Below are positions 59,601 to 64,000 of a DNA stretch of 64,000 nucleotides, piece by piece. The translations under genes and the position numbers were made by a program. The notes beneath the pieces are model-generated. The model had not been told where the DNA came from, searched no databases, and saw only the letters and a program-made list of their open reading frames with translations. The DNA comes from Saccostrea cucullata. Its lineage: Eukaryota. Within the stretch, counting starts at the first letter, position 1. Each line of letters begins with the position of its first letter. The DNA lies in the NCBI RefSeq assembly GCF_032062105.1, contig NW_026936003.1:558001-622000 (forward strand), given 5' to 3'.

Positions 59601-62600
59601 ATTTTGGAAGAATTAAAGTTGAAATTAGTGGTGATTAAAGAAAATTATAGAAAGTACATAGATGTACATGTAAATAGTATATAGACTTCAATTTTCAAAG
59701 TTTGTTTTGTGATTTTTTTTAATATTTTGTTGTTGTTCCAACAGAAAACTTGAAAAAATAGCAGAGTTGGAAACCCTGTTGAACAGTGCTCCAAAATCAG
59801 AGGAAGTTCAGTTGTAAGTACAGTCTACAGACAGAATGAAAAGTGTATGTACAGATTAGTGTTAGGTCTCCTGAACAGAAAGCTTGAAAAGTTCAATGAA
59901 ATTTTCTGATCACATTTTGTCTATCGTTTTAACCAGTTATAAAAATTTGCACATAATGTTCAGGTTTCATACATAAACTAATATTAACAATGCCAGTCTT
60001 TCAAAGAAACTCTCCGTGTAAAGAGTTTTCTTGACGGAAATAGGGGATGATCAAGTTTGCGAAATTCATTTTTTACAGCCTTCATCTAAAGGGAGATAAT
60101 TTTGGATAGTGAAAAATCAATTACATCTTTTAAAAATCTTTTCTCTGTTCCACTTGAACAGAAAATATAAATCTTAGGTGTAAGCATTTTCAAAGTTTGT
60201 TCAAACCATGGCCCATCAGATTAGGGAGGGGCCACAATGGGGGATAAAATTTTTACAAAGGAATACTAAAAATCTTCTATAGAGAAGTAAAGCATTGATC
60301 TGTCAAATATTTTATGGAATCAAATTTATAAAGTGTAGATAATTTCTTAAGAAAATTTGTTGGCATCATGCATTATGTAGCCATAATTGTAATTAAATAT
60401 TTGAAACTGATTTTTACATTTTCCTTAATAGAGATCAGGATGAGCAGTGTGGCCCATGGGCCTCTCATTTAAAAACTCTGATAAATTTTGACATTTTATT
60501 AATCTAAGAAAACATATATTAGTTTATGTACTAACGTCTTTTCCTTGTAATGTTTTTTTTCGTGAATTTTATTCCTAGATTGAAGTCAGCAGTATCAGAA
60601 AAGTCTGAATACACAGAAAAACTCCTGTCTGAAATCAAAGATAAACAGTCCACAATAGAGAGTCTGACTGAGGAGCAGAATAAGGTGTGGATCCAAGATT
60701 TTTTTAATACAGTTTATTAACTTAGTAGAGAGAAATTCAGAGATCCATAAATATATCATAAACCATCTAATATGCAGAATGAATGAATAATTTTGCAGCT
60801 GAAAATTGAAAATAATGCACTCTGCTCAATGTTTATGTAGTTGTTGTTTTAAAAAAAACGCAGTTAGTTCTTGGTCACATCCTTGGGTAAATCATGATTG
60901 GTAGATAAAGTGTTGTCATAATAACAATTTAGAATTTTAAAAAATTGACAATAGTTTTTGAAATTTTTCTTGTAGGTGAAGGAGGAATTAGAGAAATCAC
61001 ACAGTCTTATAGAAGAGAGGGATACCAGTTTATCCAAGCTTCAGGGTGACCTTGATGAAGTGAATGGAGAGCTGGAGACGACCAGGCAACAGCTACAGCA
61101 GAAGGAGAACCAGTTTGATCAGCTGCAGTCTGACCTTCAACAGGTCAATTTGGAATTTTAATTTCAATTTTAGAATTATTTTATACAGAGCAATAAGATT
61201 TTGATCTCTTTTGAGAGGAAACGTATTCTTCTTAATTTGCACAATTGATCTTGTTTCCCAAATCAAATTCAAGTAATGCATGCATAGGTATAAGTTGTTT
61301 TAATTATAATAAGACATGGAAATAATATGTGAATGTCATGAACGTGTCTATTAGGGACAGATGTGAATGTAAAGAATTTGCCGTCATTGGTACTCGGTAT
61401 GTTTCTGCATCTATGTACAGAATTCAGAATCTAATGAATTTTTCCATGAATATTAGAAAGACATTTTGATTGTTTATTATTTTATCTTACGTTTTGAAAC
61501 AGGGCCAAGAACAGAACACTTCAGTGAATCAGATGTTATTGGAAAAGTCCAATCAAATTGCTGAATTACAGAAGGCGCTGGACAGTCGAGATTCAGATTT
61601 TAACAAATCACAACAAAACTTGGAAATTCTGCAGAAAAAATTGGATGAAACATCTGCTGAGTTACAAAAGGTACATGTATTTCCAGTGTATTTCCTTCAG
61701 TCTCTCTGTTAAATTTAATTTCAAATGTACATGTATATCATTTTTAGACTGCTCTTATCAAAGGTTGACTTTTTGTTTCTAGAGAAAGTAGAGAGAAGAA
61801 ATACTACAGAAATTTGATATCTTGATATTTTAGACTGATAGATTAAATTGTTTATACATATAGGTTCAGGAGATTGTTCAAGAGAGAGAAAAACAGTTGA
61901 GTGACCTAGAAAAGACATTCACAGAAATTAAGTCCCAGACACAAGAACAACTGCATCAGAAAGAACAACAGCTTAATGAGGTCAAGGCAGAGTGTGAAAA
62001 GGTAGATGATGGGCGTAATATGTTCTTTGTTTTATGTCTTCAATTCTAATTTTTTGATGAATGTTATTATATTAAATTGGAGATAATTTTGCAAACTGAA
62101 GGTCCTCTCAACTGATTAGTACAACATCCACAAAAATCATTATATAATCCTCTCTTCATGTGCCAATGTTTCCTTTAAGACTATAAGCATGATGAGTTAA
62201 GGTTACAAGTAGATGTCAGATGGAAACTTTAAATCATAGATACATGTATTGTACACATATTACTAATTTCACAGAAACTTCCTTTATACGTTCTTAATTT
62301 TCAGATCCAGGCCACTTCTGAAACCAAAAATTCCCAGCTTTCAGACTTGGAGCAGCAGCTTAACACAATGACAACGCACTACCAGAATGAGGTAGGTCAG
62401 AAAATCTTTGACACAATTTTAAATTTCTATTTCATCATCCTAAACAAAGTAGACTCTTATTGTTGTCACTATGTATATTATGAAATCTGTGTTGTTAGTG
62501 TGCAGCATCTGATGACTTGAAGACAAACCTTAGAGACAAAGAACAGCTGTTAGAGGAGGAGACTAGGAAACTTACAGCCAGGTAAAGATACTGATAACTG

Positions 62601-63943
62601 ACCTCCCCCCCACCCACCCTCCCACTCTTTAACAGTTTAAGATAAGAGTTAAGGAAAAGCTTAAATATTCAATTATTGCTAGTATTTTAATATCATATTG
62701 CATTGCATATTATGGAGTGTTTCATATATATTTTCATTTACAACCATGTTTATCCGTGAAACTGTTTATTAAAAACATTCAAAATATTAATACAAAATTA
62801 ACCTTGATAATAAATGATGTACACAGAGACCAGAAGATATCAGAGTTGGATTCGCAGCTTGGATCACTGAGGGAAGAGATGGGTAGACTGGAGTCAGAGA
62901 GGACCGATCTCATAGCCAAGGTTAGTGACGACATGTATCTGAAAATTTCTGAGTTATCTTCCTTTGTACAGATGTACAGAGATTATGTTATGTTATAATA
63001 TGTAGGTGTGAATATGGAGTTTTTCTAATTTGAATTTGTTTTTAATTAATTAATAATGGACCTCTTCTTTTAGATTGAGGCTGGTGAGGGAACAGAGACT
63101 GTAATTAATCAATTAAAACAAGAAAAGGTATTGGAATTAAGAATTAAACCCATATTTGTTTCATTGAAACATGCATACATACAAATAAAGTCAAACCTCG
63201 ATTTTTATTTCAAACTACGGATCGACCGAGAAAAAAGTTAGAGCTGTCAGATATTGGGTGTAAAATACATGTATGCATAAAGGATAAGTGATTGAGACTT
63301 TCAAATTTGTTCAACATATACATGTATATCCATGGTATTAGAGACATCAGTATCTAAGATAACCAAAATTCTACTGTATTGTCCAATATTAAATGGGATA
63401 AACTGGATTTTCATGTATTTTCCAGACAATACTCCAAGACAAAATATCTCATCTGGAGCAGACACTGAGCACACAAAAGTCAGAGAGTGGGCAGAAAATG
63501 GAAAATCTGCACAAACAACTGAATGAGGTCAAAGGTCAACTGCAGACAGCTCAGGACAAAGCACAAAAACAGAAGTCAGTTTTGGAAGAAAAATCAGAGA
63601 AAATTCAGGCTGCACAGCAGAAAATTCAACAGCTTGAGGGTGACTTAAATACAAAGGTAAACTGTATTCCTGTACAATTTTCCCCACTTTTTATTTTATT
63701 TGGTTTTTTTCTTTGGAGGGAGAAAGGGGAGATTTTCTTAAAATGTTTCATATCAAAGATTAAAAAAGCAATGTTGTACACTCCTTGATTTGTGGATTCT
63801 TTTAACAGAGTGAACTCCTTATAGCAGCAGAAGCAGCCCGGACAAGTCAACGGGCCGACTTAGAAAATCACATCAAAACGTCACAGAACATGTTAGAGGA
63901 AAAGTCTGGGGAACTTGCCAAGGCTCAGAAACAGATAGAACAG
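47611..63943 (+). CDS. EEA1: Early endosome antigen 1 (N-terminal C2H2 fingers and long coiled coil), 5' part; FYVE end is beyond the window
   Basis: Exons 47611-47649, 48757-48783, 49869-49913, 50191-50289, 50538-50644, 51479-51626, 51855-51918, 52412-52518, 57454-57540, 57733-57791, 58671-58811, 59745-59813, 60579-60684, 60976-61143, 61503-61670, 61864-62001, 62305-62391, 62499-62581, 62827-62920, 63074-63127, 63426-63656, 63809-63943. EEA1-like segments recognised from memory of the vertebrate protein: MFKRLL, EGFLCPICKKSL, LKTSLKEERWYTEELKKEL, QRPGTEDVLVLKQELISVQKLMDNMTLE, DLIAKIEAGEG, ELLIAAEAARTSQRADLENH. Confidence 0.92.
47794..48333. mobile_element. Diverged relative of the 40226-40743 element with 9-bp TSD, in EEA1 intron 1
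   Basis: taaatttat|TAGCTGCAGATCTGTAG ... CTACAGTTCTGTAGCTA|ttaatttat; shares gagctacagtgcca...aaaaaact and gtgcaataaatatac...gcactgtagctctcc. Confidence 0.78.
54127..54333. mobile_element. Degenerate TA-flanked MITE
   Basis: tactgtaaatcacgttttattcgca ... tgcgaaaatttagtgatctaagta; a similar-type element lies at ~57108-57312. Confidence 0.5.
54509..54893. mobile_element. MITE with 12-bp TIRs and G/C homopolymer-rich interior
   Basis: CAGGCACGTAGC ... GCTACGTGCCTG, both sides flanked by agcag. Confidence 0.7.
54928..55570. mobile_element. hAT-type MITE with perfect 8-bp TSD
   Basis: gtgattat|TAAGGGTGAAACG ... CGTTTCGCCCTTA|gtgattat; subterminal AAACG/CGTTT motifs clustered at both ends. Confidence 0.88.
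55780..56465. repeat. Tandem duplication of ~340 bp in an EEA1 intron
   Basis: tcttcttgcc(a/g)cattagttgacatatatcataaatgttag starts at 55780 and 56122, collinear to ...aaaataattctttt..gagtgtat. Confidence 0.88.
58782..59425 (+). repeat. 50-bp minisatellite spanning an EEA1 exon/intron junction
   Basis: aatgacagctctggaggaggagcatagagggtaggc(a/g)gggttaaaatatc at 58782, 58832, 58882, 58932, 58982, 59032; degenerate copies at 59082, 59229, 59279, ~59336, ~59400. Confidence 0.92.
59862..60470 (+). mobile_element. Degenerate HINE-type element
   Basis: ttaggtctcctgaa...ttttctgatcac start; caaagtttgttcaaaccatggccc body; 3' hairpin ggcccatgggcc. Confidence 0.55.
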
Positions 63944-64000
63944 GTTCAGTTATTTAATGCTAATATAAAGCATCTGGAATCCACACTCTGGACATTTATT

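Overview
Eukaryotic, AT-rich, intron-rich animal DNA. The gene set (signal-peptide/coiled-coil C1q-domain protein, IRAK/Pelle kinase, heme peroxidase) and the repeat landscape (Helentron-type non-autonomous elements carrying ~146-170 bp satellites and (CTGT)n/(CCGT)n tracts, many MITEs) point to a bivalve mollusc, probably an oyster; this is inference, not a database result. Five spliced genes were reconstructed by hand from GT-AG boundaries and reading phase: (1) the 3' part of an animal heme peroxidase (+, ends 8399); (2) an IRAK1/Pelle-like kinase (+, 12383-25547, 14 exons, ~1136 aa) with a defective pogo/Tigger transposon in intron 5; (3) a secreted C1q-domain protein (-, 35689-32338, 3 exons); (4) dihydrolipoyl dehydrogenase DLD (-, 47432-38456, 14 exons, 500 aa); (5) EEA1 (+, from 47611, runs off the window), head-to-head with DLD with 178 bp between start codons. 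I found no convincing new multi-gene system. The best leads are: a 50-bp minisatellite that multiplies an EEA1 5' splice site; a duplicated, skippable C2H2 finger exon in EEA1; a perfect kB site upstream of an IRAK that has DLG in place of DFG and a repeat-containing acidic tail; a TAGCTGCA-ended element family with 9-bp TSDs; tRNA-like modules inside a solo-LTR-like element and a TTAA transposon; and a possibly damaged peroxidase exon beside a dimeric 156-bp satellite. All coordinates were counted by eye and may be off by a few bases.
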